Assembly: GCA_038245295.1 (NCBI GenBank)
Contig: JBBRSP010000004.1
Coordinates: 96,001-160,000 of the forward strand
DNA from: Candidatus Binatia bacterium
GTDB taxonomy: Bacteria; Desulfobacterota; Binatia; HRBIN30
Direction: 5' to 3'
DNA length: 64,000 bases
Positions within the stretch are counted from its first letter, which is position 1; each line of letters starts with the position of its first letter. Position numbers and translations under genes: made by a program. Below are positions 17,557 through 26,872 of this stretch, piece by piece. The notes under the pieces are model-generated. The model was not told the DNA's origin and ran no database searches. It worked only from the letters and a program-made list of their open reading frames with translations.

Positions 17557-18697
17557 CCTCGTTCCTTGCTGCGAAGTGCGGCATGACCTCGCGCGCGAAC
17601 AGCTCCATTGTCTTATACGCCTTGTCGCGGGGCATATCACCGGTCCGTCCGCCGCCGATGAACAGTCCAAAGCCAAGATCCTTTTGGATCTCCCGCAAAC
17701 GATCGGTGACGGTGCGAGGACTGCCGACCAACACGTAACCGCCCTTCTCCAATTCGGCGAACGACAGGTCTCCCGGCGTGCGCAACCCGGCGGCGAGAAA
17801 CTTTCGCAATGACTCTTCGGTGATGTAGCCCGGCGGCAACAAGAAGTTGGGCGGGATCTTTAGGCCGCGGCGGTACAGCCACAGCATATGCGGCGCCGCT
17901 TCCTCGCGCGCTTGCGCATCGGTCTCGGCGACATACGTCGGGATCGCGAAACCGATCTGCGACGGCGATGCCGTATAACCCGCCGCTTCGGCCGCCGCCT
18001 TGTACTCGTCGATGAGCCGTTTGGTTTGCGCGTACGAGGTGAACACGCTGATGAATGGATAGCGACGTTGCGCCGCCCAACGGATGGTCTCGGTGCTGCC
18101 TTGCGACGGCAACCAGATCGGCGGGTGCGGCTGCTGTAAGGGACGCGGCCAGATGTTGGCGTAGCGCACCTGGTAGTGCTCGCCCTCGAAGCTGAACGGA
18201 CCATCCTCGGTCCACGCGCGCAGAATCAAGTCGTGCGCTTCGTAAAAGCGATCGCGAGAGTAGGTCGGGTTGATGCCGAACGACACGTATTCGCAACCGA
18301 TGCCGCGCACGAAGCCGGAAATGATGCGGCCGCCCGACATGACGTCGAGCATGGCGATCTCCTCGGCGATACGCAGCGGGTGATCGCGCAGCGGCAAAGC
18401 GTTGCCGAGAATAGCGATCTTGGCGCGCGAGGTGCGACGCACCAGCGCCGCAGCCATCAGGTTCGGCGACGGCATAGTCCCGTAGGCGTTCTGATGATGC
18501 TCGTTTACAGCCAGGCCGTGGTAGCCGAGTGTCTCGGCGTACTCCATTTCGTCGAGGTACTCGTTGTAGAGCTCGTGACCGCGACGCGGGTCGTAGTACT
18601 TGTTCGACAGGGTCACCCATGACGAAGGATGGTTGCGGTCGAAGTCGTCCGGCAGGTGCGGCCACGGCATCAAGTGGAAATAGTAGAACTCGATCAC
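17534..18697 (-). CDS. LLM-class flavin-dependent monooxygenase
   Basis: NEHHQ, PLRIAEEIAMLDVMSGGR, WPRPLQQPHPPIW. Confidence 0.93.
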   Translation of the reverse strand: MIEFYYFHLMPWPHLPDDFDRNHPSSWVTLSNKYYDPRRGHELYNEYLDEMEYAETLGYHGLAVNEHHQNAYGTMPSPNLMAAALVRRTSRAKIAILGNALPLRDHPLRIAEEIAMLDVMSGGRIISGFVRGIGCEYVSFGINPTYSRDRFYEAHDLILRAWTEDGPFSFEGEHYQVRYANIWPRPLQQPHPPIWLPSQGSTETIRWAAQRRYPFISVFTSYAQTKRLIDEYKAAAEAAGYTASPSQIGFAIPTYVAETDAQAREEAAPHMLWLYRRGLKIPPNFLLPPGYITEESLRKFLAAGLRTPGDLSFAELEKGGYVLVGSPRTVTDRLREIQKDLGFGLFIGGGRTGDMPRDKAYKTMELFAREVMPHFAARNEDGRPQQT

Positions 18698-19485
18698 GGC
18701 TTGGCCTCGCTCTCCTGCTTCAAAAAGGCGATGGCGTGCGCCAAAAAAGCTTCGCTTTGCTCAAACGGTGGGAAGTGTCCGCAGCGTGGCAGGACCGTCA
18801 AGCGCGCCCCCGGGATCAACCGGGCATACGCCTCGCCATGCGGCAGCGGTAGGAATGCATCATCCTCGCCCCACACGACGAGTGTTGGCGCGGTGATTCG
18901 ACCAAGGCGACGAGCCAGCTTCGGGTTGTACATGTAAGGGTTCCACGTCAGTCGCGCCAAGGTGGTCGTCTCCCGGTAGGCACGCACGATGACCTCCGGA
19001 CCGAGGTCCGTCGTCACCAGCTGCGGCCAGCGCGTCTGATCGTAGAACAATCGCTGCAAGGTCTCCTCGATGGGATGCGTGAAGACGTCGAACCGGGTGA
19101 CACCGTCGACCTTCAATCCGGCGGCATCCACCAAGACCAAACGCTCGACACGCCGCGGGAACCAACTGGCAAATTCGGCAGCGATCCAGCCGCCGAGCGA
19201 CAGACCCATGATAGAGACACGTTCAAGCCCGAGGGTATCGAGGAGGTCGGCATAGTGCAGCACCAGGTCATCGATGCCCGAAAGCCACTCCGGTCTCTCA
19301 CTTGGGCCGAAGCCGAGATGATCGGGAGCGATCACCTGGAAACGCGCCGCAAGCGCATCGTGGTAGGGAAACCAACGATTCGAAGCGAACTGCGGCGGTA
19401 GAACTACGAGCGGCGCACCGCGACCGCCGCGCAGAAGGTGCGTGTTCACGCCGCGCACGGAGATCATCTCACTGCGATACGCCAT
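18694..19485 (-). CDS. Alpha/beta-fold hydrolase
   Basis: GLSLGG, PTLVVWGEDD, GHFP. Confidence 0.9.
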   Translation of the reverse strand: MAYRSEMISVRGVNTHLLRGGRGAPLVVLPPQFASNRWFPYHDALAARFQVIAPDHLGFGPSERPEWLSGIDDLVLHYADLLDTLGLERVSIMGLSLGGWIAAEFASWFPRRVERLVLVDAAGLKVDGVTRFDVFTHPIEETLQRLFYDQTRWPQLVTTDLGPEVIVRAYRETTTLARLTWNPYMYNPKLARRLGRITAPTLVVWGEDDAFLPLPHGEAYARLIPGARLTVLPRCGHFPPFEQSEAFLAHAIAFLKQESEAKP

Positions 19486-19538
19486 CGCCGCCGTTATAGG
19501 GGTGGCGTACGCCGGGGTTCAAGCAGGCAGATTGGCGA

Positions 19539-20366
19539 TCAGCGCGCCACGCAGGCCAGGAATGTGGCCACCGCCGACTCAAAGCCACCTGGATTGTCGA
19601 GCATGAGGTGATGATGAGCCCCGGGCACCTCGGCCACCGACGCGTGCGGAAGAGCAGCTTGGATGGCTCGCAGTCGCTCAGGGGTGAGCACAGCGCTGAG
19701 CTCGCCGCGCACGAAAAGAATCGGGCAGCCAAGTTGACGCAGCGGTGGCAGCAGGTCCACTGGCTCGAACTGTTCCATCGTCGCACGGTCGAATTTCAGG
19801 CTCCAGCCACCGCTTTCCATCTGCCGAATCGAAGCCGCCGCGATGCGTGCGATGTGCTCGGGTGCGGCACAGGTCTGTTTCGGGAGCAGGACGAAGCGAC
19901 GCATGGCGGACTCGTGATCACCCAACTCGTCAGGCACGAACTGCCGCAATCGCCGCATGTACCGCGCGCCACTTTCGTTCATCCGCAACCCCGTATCGAC
20001 GACGACTAGCGAACCAAGCAAGGTCGGCGCTTGGGCCGCGACGGCGGCGGCAACCATACCGCCGAGCGAGTGCCCGACAAGGTGAAAGGCCGGCCACGCA
20101 TGCTGCGTCGCCAGACTCTGTAGATCGGCCGCATAGTCGGCGATGCGGTAGGCTGGCGGTGTGACATGGGCACTATCACCGTGACCGCGCAGATCGAGGG
20201 CTATGACACGAAAGCGGTCGGCAAACGCCGTGGCAAAGTCATCCCACCAGCCCGCGTGGGCCGACGAGCCGTGCAGCAAGACGACCATCGGAGCCGTGGC
20301 GACACCCCACTCGCGGTAGTGCAGCGTTACTCCGTTGACCGTCACATGATGGTCGCTCCCATGCAT
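19539..20366 (-). CDS. Alpha/beta-fold hydrolase
   Basis: LLHG, DLRGHGDS, GHSLGG, AHHHLMLD. Confidence 0.9.
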   Translation of the reverse strand: MHGSDHHVTVNGVTLHYREWGVATAPMVVLLHGSSAHAGWWDDFATAFADRFRVIALDLRGHGDSAHVTPPAYRIADYAADLQSLATQHAWPAFHLVGHSLGGMVAAAVAAQAPTLLGSLVVVDTGLRMNESGARYMRRLRQFVPDELGDHESAMRRFVLLPKQTCAAPEHIARIAAASIRQMESGGWSLKFDRATMEQFEPVDLLPPLRQLGCPILFVRGELSAVLTPERLRAIQAALPHASVAEVPGAHHHLMLDNPGGFESAVATFLACVAR

Positions 20367-20432
20367 GAGGCCCGCCTAGCGACGACGCCGACGGGTTTGC
20401 AACCGGGTCGGCCGGCGGGTAAGCGGGCCGAC

Positions 20433-21389
20433 ATGGCGATCGAGATGCAATGTGGCGACTATCGCGGCTGGCCGAACACCTATCGTCTCACCAACGGCGT
20501 CGTCGAGGCACACGTACTCAGCGACGTCGGCCCACGCATCATCGACTTCCGCCTGGTCGATCATGACAACATCCTGTACGTGCGTGACAGCGAAGCGGGG
20601 CGGTATGGCGAGCCGGAGTTCGTACAACGCGGCGGCTGGCGTTTGTGGGTGGCACCGGAACGCCGCGAAACAACCTATGCGGCCGACAACAGCCGCTGCC
20701 ACACAGTGACGATGGGCGATACATTGCGTGTCACCGGTGCGGTGCAACCCGCGGCCGGCATCCAGAAGGAACTTGACGTATCCGTCGACCCGACGACCGC
20801 CACCTTGCGGATCATCGCTCGCGTGTACAATCGGTCGGATCGTGTTCTCACCTACGCCCCATGGAGCTTGCCGGTACTACGCCCGCGCGGCCGCGCCTTC
20901 ATTCCCCTCGACCGCGGTGCCGTCGACGCTTTCGATGCAACGAGGAGATACATTCTGTGGAGTTACACGCGGATTGCCGATCCTCGCTATCGCTTCGGCG
21001 ATCAGCTCATTGAGATCGACCATGCGACGGTCCGAGCGGGCGCGCCGGGCCTCGGACGGCGCTCCGATGAGAGCAAGATCGGTTGCGATTCCAGTCAAGG
21101 ATGGGCAGCCTATCTGGTCGATTCGCAGCTTTTCGTAAAGCGCTTTCGCCATGTCGCTGCAGGCCATTACGTCGACGGCGGTTCCACAATCGAAGTCTAC
21201 TCGAGCGCCGAGTTCTTGGAGCTCGAACACCTTGGCCCGCTCACATCGATTGCGCCGGGCGAGCATACCGAGTTGGAGGAAGAGTGGTGTCTCTACCCCG
21301 ACGTGGTCATCCCGCGCGAAGAATCCGGGGCCCTCGACGCCCTGCGGCCCTATGCCTTTGCCTCGGGCCAGGCTTCCTCGGCGGCGTGA
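20433..21389 (+). CDS. Conserved hypothetical protein (DUF4380/mutarotase-like fold)
   Basis: DVGPRII, GGWRLWVAPE, FLELEHLGPL motifs. Confidence 0.65.
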   Translation: MAIEMQCGDYRGWPNTYRLTNGVVEAHVLSDVGPRIIDFRLVDHDNILYVRDSEAGRYGEPEFVQRGGWRLWVAPERRETTYAADNSRCHTVTMGDTLRVTGAVQPAAGIQKELDVSVDPTTATLRIIARVYNRSDRVLTYAPWSLPVLRPRGRAFIPLDRGAVDAFDATRRYILWSYTRIADPRYRFGDQLIEIDHATVRAGAPGLGRRSDESKIGCDSSQGWAAYLVDSQLFVKRFRHVAAGHYVDGGSTIEVYSSAEFLELEHLGPLTSIAPGEHTELEEEWCLYPDVVIPREESGALDALRPYAFASGQASSAA

Positions 21390-22624
21390 CGATAACGCAG
21401 CCAGAACAACAGGACGAGAATCAGAAGAGTCGACCATGTCGTGATCGACAACATCTCGAGAGCGCCGCCCAGGCGCTTTCCGAGAATACCGGGCGTCGCA
21501 ACGCTAGCCATGACGAAAAAGGCCCACAGCACAGCGCGCACGGTACGCCGCTCGTTTCGCGCAACCTCGGCGTCCTGCGCCAGACGTACCAGCAGCAGCA
21601 TTGGACAAAGGAGCACCACCAGGTAAGCCTTCCACGTGAGCGGCCCAAACAAGGCCCCGACGAGGAAGACGACGCTGACTTCGATCAAACCGGCGGAACT
21701 ATCCAGCCTCCACGGACCACGAAAGAGCGCCAGGGCGGCCACGGTCGTCAGCCCAAGGAGCAGCATCGTCAGTTGCGCCGGCAGGTGAGTTCCGGACTCG
21801 GGGAGGTAGTCGATCACCGTCGTATGGAAGGGCACCATCCCGTGGCCAATCAGCCGATCGAACATCGCCAATACCGACTGATTCATTTTGCCAACACCCC
21901 AACCAAACGCCAGGGAATCCTGCCAGGCGGCAAAATACTCAAGGAGCCGTGCCCTGCCCCACAATAAGGCGGGCGAGATGGAGAGCGCGATGGCGCTGGC
22001 AGTGGCCACCGCGGCCAAGCGCCACTGCCGACGGTAGGCCAGGTAGGGAACGAAGACGATGGGCATGACCTTCAGGGCGATGGCGGTGCCGATGCTCAGG
22101 CCACCGAGAACGGGCTGTCGGCGGAACCCAAGATAGAGGCCGCCGAGTGTCAACGCGAAGATGACGATGTTGATTTGCAGATGATCAAAATTACCCAGAA
22201 TGAATCGATGCGTCAGGATAACTGGGACGGCGATTGCTACGCTCCAAGGCGTCATGCCGCCGGACGATGTATCGTTCCAGCTCAGGGATCGATGATAGAC
22301 CAAACGCGTCAAAGCGCGCAGGATGAACCACAGCAGCGCGTAGTTGCCGACAATCCACCACACGCGCGCGCCTGCGTGCGACACGTCGTCGAATAAAGCC
22401 AGCGGCACACAGAAGACGCTGAACAGCGGCGGCCAAGTATTGATTCCGGGCGGCGCGTCCAAATAGATGTGGCGCTGCTCCATGACCAGGTGGCCCACCG
22501 TGACGTAGCCCGCAAAGTCACCGTCACGACGCGCCCAACTGGCGAGACCAACAGCCAGACCGACGAGCACCAACCAAGGCAACAAACGCAAGAAAGTCTT
22601 CACCGTTCTGAGGTCGTTTTCCAC
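21350..22624 (-). CDS. GT87/DUF2029 family GT-C glycosyltransferase
   Basis: Multi-TM; DF..Y, TWPP, LQIN, LK..P, NQS motifs. Confidence 0.85.
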   Translation of the reverse strand: MENDLRTVKTFLRLLPWLVLVGLAVGLASWARRDGDFAGYVTVGHLVMEQRHIYLDAPPGINTWPPLFSVFCVPLALFDDVSHAGARVWWIVGNYALLWFILRALTRLVYHRSLSWNDTSSGGMTPWSVAIAVPVILTHRFILGNFDHLQINIVIFALTLGGLYLGFRRQPVLGGLSIGTAIALKVMPIVFVPYLAYRRQWRLAAVATASAIALSISPALLWGRARLLEYFAAWQDSLAFGWGVGKMNQSVLAMFDRLIGHGMVPFHTTVIDYLPESGTHLPAQLTMLLLGLTTVAALALFRGPWRLDSSAGLIEVSVVFLVGALFGPLTWKAYLVVLLCPMLLLVRLAQDAEVARNERRTVRAVLWAFFVMASVATPGILGKRLGGALEMLSITTWSTLLILVLLFWLRYRHAAEEAWPEAKA

Positions 22625-22719
22625 CGGGCTGCCAAGCGATCCGCATGGATATACCTTGACTTGCCTGGTTCGCGTGTCATAGCCCGTCGGCGATGGTTCG
22701 GTCCACCAGTTACCGCGGA

Positions 22720-23652
22720 ATGAGCATCTGGATACGCAACTTACTCCTTGGCAGCGCCGCCTGTGCTGCCTTCGGATGTGGTGGGGGTGGCGGCGGCGGT
22801 TCGAGCCCTGGCCCCGAGAGAACGTTCGTGACGGTCATCGTGATCACGGCAACACCGGGACCAAGCTCGACGCCGACGGCTTCGGCGTTGCCCAGCCACA
22901 CGCCGACCGCCACGGAAACGGCCACGACGATCCCAAGTGCCACAGCCTCGGCTTCCGCGACGCCGACGTCAACCGACACGCCCCCGCCGTCGGCAACGCC
23001 GAGCCCGCCGTTCACGGCGGCAGCCACCGCGATTCCGACGGCCAGCGCAACACCAACTGAAACGCCGCTGCTGGGTCCGGTAGTCACGGCGTTCGAAGTT
23101 GCCGACTCGAGTGGAACGTTCAACCAGCCGGTCGGTACCGACAACGCCGGCAGATTGATCTTCCAGCGACAAGCGGCGGCAGGATTCGTCGTGTTCATCG
23201 AAGGACGCCCGGGCGCTACCCGACTACCGGTAGGCTCGGTGACCTACACGGCCAAGCCGAACGATCCGAATGCCCAACCCGACCTGCAGATTCTCACTTC
23301 GCGGGCGCTCGGCGACGGGTCCCCGGCCGTTTGCGACAACTCACTACCCGGGCTCGGCGGCATCCCGGAAACCACACCAGTCCTTTTTTCACCGATCCAG
23401 CCAATTACCGATGCCCTCAACGATTTTGGATGCCGCTTCCGCGTATTCGACGAGGCGGATCTCTCGTGCACGCAGGACAACGGCGGCAACTTCGTATTCC
23501 GCAGTGCCAGCTCGACGATTCAATTCTGCGCCCTGATCTCGAATGCACTGACGTTTCCGTCCGCGGACACCGTCCTATCCGCGCGCCTGCGAGATACTTC
23601 GGGAAATGCTGGCCCTATTTTCCAAATGGTGGTGCGTATTCCCGAAAGTTGA
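22720..23652 (+). CDS. Hypothetical lipoprotein with Thr/Pro linker and Cys-containing beta domain
   Basis: Lipobox-like AFGC-GGGG, (TP)n linker. Confidence 0.7.
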   Translation: MSIWIRNLLLGSAACAAFGCGGGGGGGSSPGPERTFVTVIVITATPGPSSTPTASALPSHTPTATETATTIPSATASASATPTSTDTPPPSATPSPPFTAAATAIPTASATPTETPLLGPVVTAFEVADSSGTFNQPVGTDNAGRLIFQRQAAAGFVVFIEGRPGATRLPVGSVTYTAKPNDPNAQPDLQILTSRALGDGSPAVCDNSLPGLGGIPETTPVLFSPIQPITDALNDFGCRFRVFDEADLSCTQDNGGNFVFRSASSTIQFCALISNALTFPSADTVLSARLRDTSGNAGPIFQMVVRIPES

Positions 23653-23686
23653 GATATAAGGGATCCCGATCTTTGCGGGGGTGGGG

Positions 23687-23956
23687 ATGATTCAGTTTGA
23701 AGCAACGATTCGAGTACAAGACATCGTCGACACGGACAAAGCAGCCGCACGTCGAAAGCTTGAAGAGCGGCTCCACGCTGCCGGGCTCAATCACTTCCAG
23801 ATCGTCTCGATCGGTGTACCGGCGGCCATCACGCCACCGGCGCTAAGCCCCAGACCAACCAACGGCGTGGGTCGTGCCAGCGCCCTTGGCGGACAGATCC
23901 TCGTCGCCGCAGTCTCCCTGTGGGCGTTGTGGTTCCTGTGGATGATCGCCGGATAA
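23687..23956 (+). CDS. Small hypothetical protein with C-terminal TM
   Basis: G-rich RBS, plausible globular N-terminus, hydrophobic C-terminus. Confidence 0.55.
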   Translation: MIQFEATIRVQDIVDTDKAAARRKLEERLHAAGLNHFQIVSIGVPAAITPPALSPRPTNGVGRASALGGQILVAAVSLWALWFLWMIAG

Positions 23957-24022
23957 CGTCCCGCCGGCTTGCCCAACCATTTCGACGGAGCCGTGGGGCA
24001 CTCCTGTAAGGCTGAGGCCGTC

Positions 24023-24262
24023 TCAGCCACAGGTCAATGTCAGACTGCGACAAGTCGTCCCGGCGCAACAATTGTCGTCGGTAACGCTGCAGCCGACACC
24101 ACTCGGAACACAGGTTGGGGTTGCGGTTGGCGCGCCGCTGGGAACGGAGACGATCGGTAGTGGTCCTCCGACGGTCAAATCATCCCCTCCGCAACCGTTG
24201 ATCAACGCAATCGTCAGCGCCAGAGCGCCAACTGCACAGAAGAGATGAATGGAATGGCGCAT
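24023..24262 (-). CDS. Small lipoprotein with knottin-like six-Cys domain
   Basis: Lipobox INGC; C-x6-C-x6-CC-x4-C-x6-C; start overlaps the upstream stop (TGATG). Confidence 0.7.
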   Translation of the reverse strand: MRHSIHLFCAVGALALTIALINGCGGDDLTVGGPLPIVSVPSGAPTATPTCVPSGVGCSVTDDNCCAGTTCRSLTLTCG

Positions 24263-24633
24263 CAGAGTACTCCTGCGGTCGTCGCTTTCGCAGCGAGTTG
24301 CGCACGTCGTTGGGCCTGGTAGTGGGTGGGGCAGAGTCCATGAGCGATCCGTTCGCGGTCACACGATTTGACTACGCAACGCTTTTCCTTGGGCACGACC
24401 GGCTTCGGCGGCGGCGTAAACCGCGTCAACTCCTGCTCGGCCGCGTCCAATCCTTCGTTAAGCATGGCAAGGACGACCTCGGTCTTGGTCGCACCAAGGC
24501 GGCTTGCCACCAGGTTTAGGCGATTCAAGACGTTCGTCGGTACCTTGATGTTGATTAAGCGCGCCGTTTCGCGCCCGCGTTTGCCACGCGCCACAAGATC
24601 GTCGAGCCGGAGGTTGGAATTGCCGATGGCCAT
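24262..24633 (-). CDS. Ribbon-helix-helix protein with C-terminal Cys3-His motif
   Basis: LINIKVP-helix-TKTEVVLAML RHH pattern; CVVKSC...HGLCPTHY. Confidence 0.7.
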   Translation of the reverse strand: MAIGNSNLRLDDLVARGKRGRETARLINIKVPTNVLNRLNLVASRLGATKTEVVLAMLNEGLDAAEQELTRFTPPPKPVVPKEKRCVVKSCDRERIAHGLCPTHYQAQRRAQLAAKATTAGVL

Positions 24634-24673
24634 AGTCTTCGAGCTTTGGTTATTACCGCGCTCGGAGACACTT

Positions 24674-25213
24674 TCAAGCCGTTGAAGAGGAGTCCTTGTT
24701 CGCGCGCCCCGTCAGGCCCGGCAGTCGCACCGGTAGTTCGTTGCGGCACAGGACGAACCATAAAATCGCCGGCGCCCCTACAAACGCAATCAATCCGAGA
24801 AATGTCCCCAGGATGTCGGTGAACGCATTCTTGTAGAACACGAGCAGGGGGAATGCAGTAACGATCGCCGCGCTGATGAAGAGATTGCTCCCGGTTCCCA
24901 GGAGGCAGCGAACCAGACGCCCCTGCCAGGCAATACCCGGTGTCGCCAGGATCAGCGCCAAAAGAGGCACGACGCCGACGGCCAAGGCGTCGAATTGCAG
25001 AGCCGCATCGACGCGATGGTCGCCTTGCCGCCAGATCGGACGTTGCGGTGGTGGCGGGCGATCAAGCACCCAGCCGTGCAACGGCGGGCCCATCTGCGTG
25101 GCAATTCCGACGACCGCGTCGCTGTAGAACGACGTCAGTGGGGTGCGGCTCCAGACAACGAGCAGGACGGCGAAGAACAACAAGAAACGCATCAGGAAAC
25201 GCGTCTTACTCAT
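24674..25213 (-). CDS. Exosortase-associated membrane protein
   Basis: PLLALILATP motif, several TMs, ATGA-coupled to the exosortase. Confidence 0.65.
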   Translation of the reverse strand: MSKTRFLMRFLLFFAVLLVVWSRTPLTSFYSDAVVGIATQMGPPLHGWVLDRPPPPQRPIWRQGDHRVDAALQFDALAVGVVPLLALILATPGIAWQGRLVRCLLGTGSNLFISAAIVTAFPLLVFYKNAFTDILGTFLGLIAFVGAPAILWFVLCRNELPVRLPGLTGRANKDSSSTA

Positions 25214-25710
25214 TCCCCGAAACGCTCTGCCCAGGCCAAGGCGCCGACCAGCACAAACACCATGAAGATGCCCTGCCAGACGTACTCGTGGAAGTAGAAG
25301 AAGGCACCTGGATAGGTTTGTACGATGCGCGCCAGCGTGACTAGGCGAATGATGTTGACCACCATCAAGGCGGGGATGCCGAGCGCGAAACCGATACCGC
25401 GGGCGCGCCAGGTCGTCGGATAGGCCAGGACAAAGCTGGCGTACAAGAACAGCACAAAGATCCCCGTGCACTCATGGTTGATGTTGATGACCATCGATTC
25501 GACGATGATGTTGTCACCCTGCCATGTGGCCGTGCCGCCGATCAGGCGCGCCCCGATCGCACCGGCGGCGGCGATGAAGCGCTGCACCGGACCGAGGTTC
25601 TCGTGCAGACTGAAGGCCCAGAACACGGCGCTGAAGACAACCAGCCAGGCGAAGAAGCGCAGACCAAAGCCGAGACCTCGGCTTGGCTGCAAGCGAGCCG
25701 ACGCACTCAT
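25210..25710 (-). CDS. Exosortase/archaeosortase-family protein (XrtH-like)
   Basis: Catalytic Cys/Arg/His in HECTG, NIIR, FHEYVWQ. Confidence 0.88.
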   Translation of the reverse strand: MSASARLQPSRGLGFGLRFFAWLVVFSAVFWAFSLHENLGPVQRFIAAAGAIGARLIGGTATWQGDNIIVESMVININHECTGIFVLFLYASFVLAYPTTWRARGIGFALGIPALMVVNIIRLVTLARIVQTYPGAFFYFHEYVWQGIFMVFVLVGALAWAERFGE

Positions 25711-25719
25711 TTCATGTCC

Positions 25720-26775
25720 TCATGAGCCAGTCGTCGCGGCGTCCGCGGCACGATCATAGATTTCACGCGCAAAGAGCTGTTCGATCGTGACGGCGATCGA
25801 CTGATCCTGGGTCGAGCCGAAGGCGCGGCGCCATTGACGCAAAGGAACAATTGCTTTGGCCATCGATCGATGGCCGCCGGCGCGACCGATCTCACTAAAG
25901 AGCTTACGGACGACATCACCGGCGCTGCGTAAATAGCCGGGGTTGCGGACCGACATGACCAGCGCATTCTGCCACTTGCCGGCAACCACAACCCACTCGG
26001 TGGCTTCGAACTGCATACAGAAGTCGGCCAGTTGCGGGATGATGTCTTCGCGTTCGACGGCTCCGACGTGGAGGGTCAGCAGTCCCATTTGCTTACGCAT
26101 GCGCGGCAGAACCCGGGCCAAGAAATTGGCGAAGGACATCGGCAACTCGGGGCGCTCGATGCGACGCAGGATATTGTAATTCTGGAGCGGATAGAGAGAC
26201 ATGAAGGCACGCAGATCGGCCGGACCGGTCTCGCGATTCAGCATCAGGGTGTCGCTCTTGATGCCATAGAGGAGTGCGGTCGCCAGGCGTTGGCTTACAT
26301 CCGCGTCGCAGGCTTCGAGGTACTCCGTCAAGATCGTCGACGTCGCGCCGTACTGCGTCCGCAGATCGCAGTACTCGGCATCGATGGCAGCAGCCCTCTG
26401 GTGATGGTCGATGACGATATGCGCGTGAGGCAGGCGTTCGGCGAAGTAGGCCGGCTGAACATCAAGCAGCGCAACGCAAGGAAAGTTGCGCAGAGTGTCA
26501 CTGTCGGTGCGTTCGATCGGCACATCCAAGAGGCGTAACATCGCCAGATTCTCTGCGCGTGTTACTTCACCAAACGAAAACAGGGGGGTCGTCGAACGGT
26601 TCCGCCCAAGCACTGTGCGCAAGGCAATGGCGCTCGCGATCCCGTCGGGATCCGGATCATCCTGCAGAAGCAGGGCAACACGCTCGGCGGAACCAACCAC
26701 GGCCCGCAGTTGTTCGAGGCGTTCGCGGTTGGCGGCAATATCCGCCTGATATGTGCTGGGATTCGCTAGCTGCAT
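25720..26775 (-). CDS. DHH-family phosphoesterase (NrnA-like)
   Basis: DPDPD, IDHH, GIKSDT, AGGH. Confidence 0.88.
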   Translation of the reverse strand: MQLANPSTYQADIAANRERLEQLRAVVGSAERVALLLQDDPDPDGIASAIALRTVLGRNRSTTPLFSFGEVTRAENLAMLRLLDVPIERTDSDTLRNFPCVALLDVQPAYFAERLPHAHIVIDHHQRAAAIDAEYCDLRTQYGATSTILTEYLEACDADVSQRLATALLYGIKSDTLMLNRETGPADLRAFMSLYPLQNYNILRRIERPELPMSFANFLARVLPRMRKQMGLLTLHVGAVEREDIIPQLADFCMQFEATEWVVVAGKWQNALVMSVRNPGYLRSAGDVVRKLFSEIGRAGGHRSMAKAIVPLRQWRRAFGSTQDQSIAVTIEQLFAREIYDRAADAATTGS

Positions 26776-26872
26776 CGAGCAACCACATGGGCCGGGTGCG
26801 ACGTCAAACGTGCACCGGTCGGCTCACTAACACCACCCCGATGCAGCGGCAACCACTGCTCCCGGGCAGAAC

